A stretch of 43,437 nucleotides of DNA from a virus (Duplodnaviria; Heunggongvirae; Uroviricota; Caudoviricetes). Below, one piece after another: positions 42,413 through 43,437 of the stretch (position 1 is its first letter; each line of letters begins with the position of its first letter). The notes under the pieces are model-generated. The model saw nothing but the letters and a program-made list of their open reading frames with translations, was not told where the DNA came from and searched no databases. The position numbers and the translations under genes are program-made. Location of the stretch: positions 1 to 43,437 of the IMG/VR virus record IMGVR_UViG_2563366824_000005; one strand, given 5' to 3'.

Positions 42413-43437
42413 TGGGAAGACGAAGGAAAAATCCTGAACACGAAAAATTACCTCCAAATGTATACCCAAATAAATATAGTTATGTATGGAAACCAACATC
42501 CAGAGAATCTGTAACACTAACCGCCATCAAGGATGGTTTAGCTGCTTTATGGAAAAAGTATGAGGAAACTGTAAATAATCGCGATCGTGCAATGACATTC
42601 GGTCGCTTGTGGGAAAAATTCCTCGCCAGCGCCTATTACAGTGACCTCAGTCCAAGAACACAAAAAGATTATCTGCAACATCAAAAAAAGTTGCTTGCCG
42701 TATTCGGTAAGGTGCCGGCAGATTCCATAAAACCAGAACACATCCGTCGATACATGGACAAGAGAGGGGAACAGAGTAAAACGCAAGCCAACCATGAAAA
42801 AAGCAGTATGTCCCGCGTTTACAGTTGGGGGTATGAGCGAGGGTACGTGAAGGCTAACCCATGTGCAGGTGTAAGTAAATTCAAGGCCAAAAACCGCGAA
42901 CGATATGTAACCGACAAAGAATACCAGGCAGTATTAAGCGTTGCACCTCTTCCTGTTTTTATCGCAATGGAAATTGCCTATCTGTGTGCAGCGAGGGTTT
43001 CCGATGTGTTATCGCTGAAATGGGAGCAGATTGGAAACGACGGGATCTTTATCCAGCAAGGGAAAACAGGAAAAAAACAGATAAAAGCATGGAGTCCACG
43101 ATTACAGGCGGCGATCGAAAAAGCAAAACAGTTACCAACATCCGCCTATGTAATCAGCAATCAATACGGCAACCGATATATGTACAAAGGCTTTAACGAA
43201 ATGTGGGTAGAAGCAAGAAATCGCGCAGGCAAAATTTCAGGTATTTTAACCGACTTCACCTTTCATGATCTGAAGGCGAAAGGAATTTCAGACTATGAAG
43301 GAAGCAGTCGGGATAAGCAACTTTTCTCTGGTCACAAAACCGAGGGGCAAGTGCTAATCTATGACAGGAAGGTTAAAGTTTCACCGACACTTGATGTCCC
43401 GTTACCTGAAAATATTCCAAGAAAATATTCCAAGTAA
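42412..43437 (+). CDS. int: tyrosine integrase (lambda Int family)
   Basis: 341 aa; N-terminus MGRRRKNPEHEKLPPNVY resembles lambda Int MGRRRSHERRDLPPNLY; C-terminal catalytic region; ends at window edge. Confidence 0.85.
   Translation: MGRRRKNPEHEKLPPNVYPNKYSYVWKPTSRESVTLTAIKDGLAALWKKYEETVNNRDRAMTFGRLWEKFLASAYYSDLSPRTQKDYLQHQKKLLAVFGKVPADSIKPEHIRRYMDKRGEQSKTQANHEKSSMSRVYSWGYERGYVKANPCAGVSKFKAKNRERYVTDKEYQAVLSVAPLPVFIAMEIAYLCAARVSDVLSLKWEQIGNDGIFIQQGKTGKKQIKAWSPRLQAAIEKAKQLPTSAYVISNQYGNRYMYKGFNEMWVEARNRAGKISGILTDFTFHDLKAKGISDYEGSSRDKQLFSGHKTEGQVLIYDRKVKVSPTLDVPLPENIPRKYSK

Overview
The window is almost entirely one lambdoid prophage of enterobacterial (E. coli/Shigella) type, read mostly on the minus strand. 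All calls come from reading the sequence and ORF translations against remembered lambda, phage 21 and K-12 Qin proteins; no database search was run, and GC content was judged by eye. Layout from left to right: a tail-fibre module (1-4046), lambda-like tail genes J-I-K-L-M-H (4099-12461), an IS3-family element inserted at the T/H junction (12500-13757), then G/T-V-U-Z-FII-FI-E-D-C-B-W-A-Nu1 (13728-24071), an intact cos site (cosN 24247-24258) with phage-21-type cosB repeats, and RHH and DUF1398 genes. Further right are a phage-21-type lysis cassette (pinholin, YdfR-like, SAR endolysin, Rz/Rz1; 25466-27670), an AT-rich moron locus (27978-29563), two tRNA genes, a late promoter and terminator with Q antiterminator, rusA, DUF968, rem-like and hokD, then an O-like replication gene with iterons, a cII/YdaT-like gene, cro-like and repressor genes, a Qin-like ydfA-ydfB-ydfC-DicF-dicB-ydfD operon, a large exonuclease, xis and int at the right edge. 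No single locus can be shown from sequence alone to be a new system. The best candidates for undescribed cargo are the unrecognised small-ORF cluster between the tRNAs and the holin, the extra genes inside the lysis cassette, an acidic small-protein pair in the nin-like region, and the membrane-protein moron at the left edge. The IS insertion truncates T and probably makes the tail operon polar.
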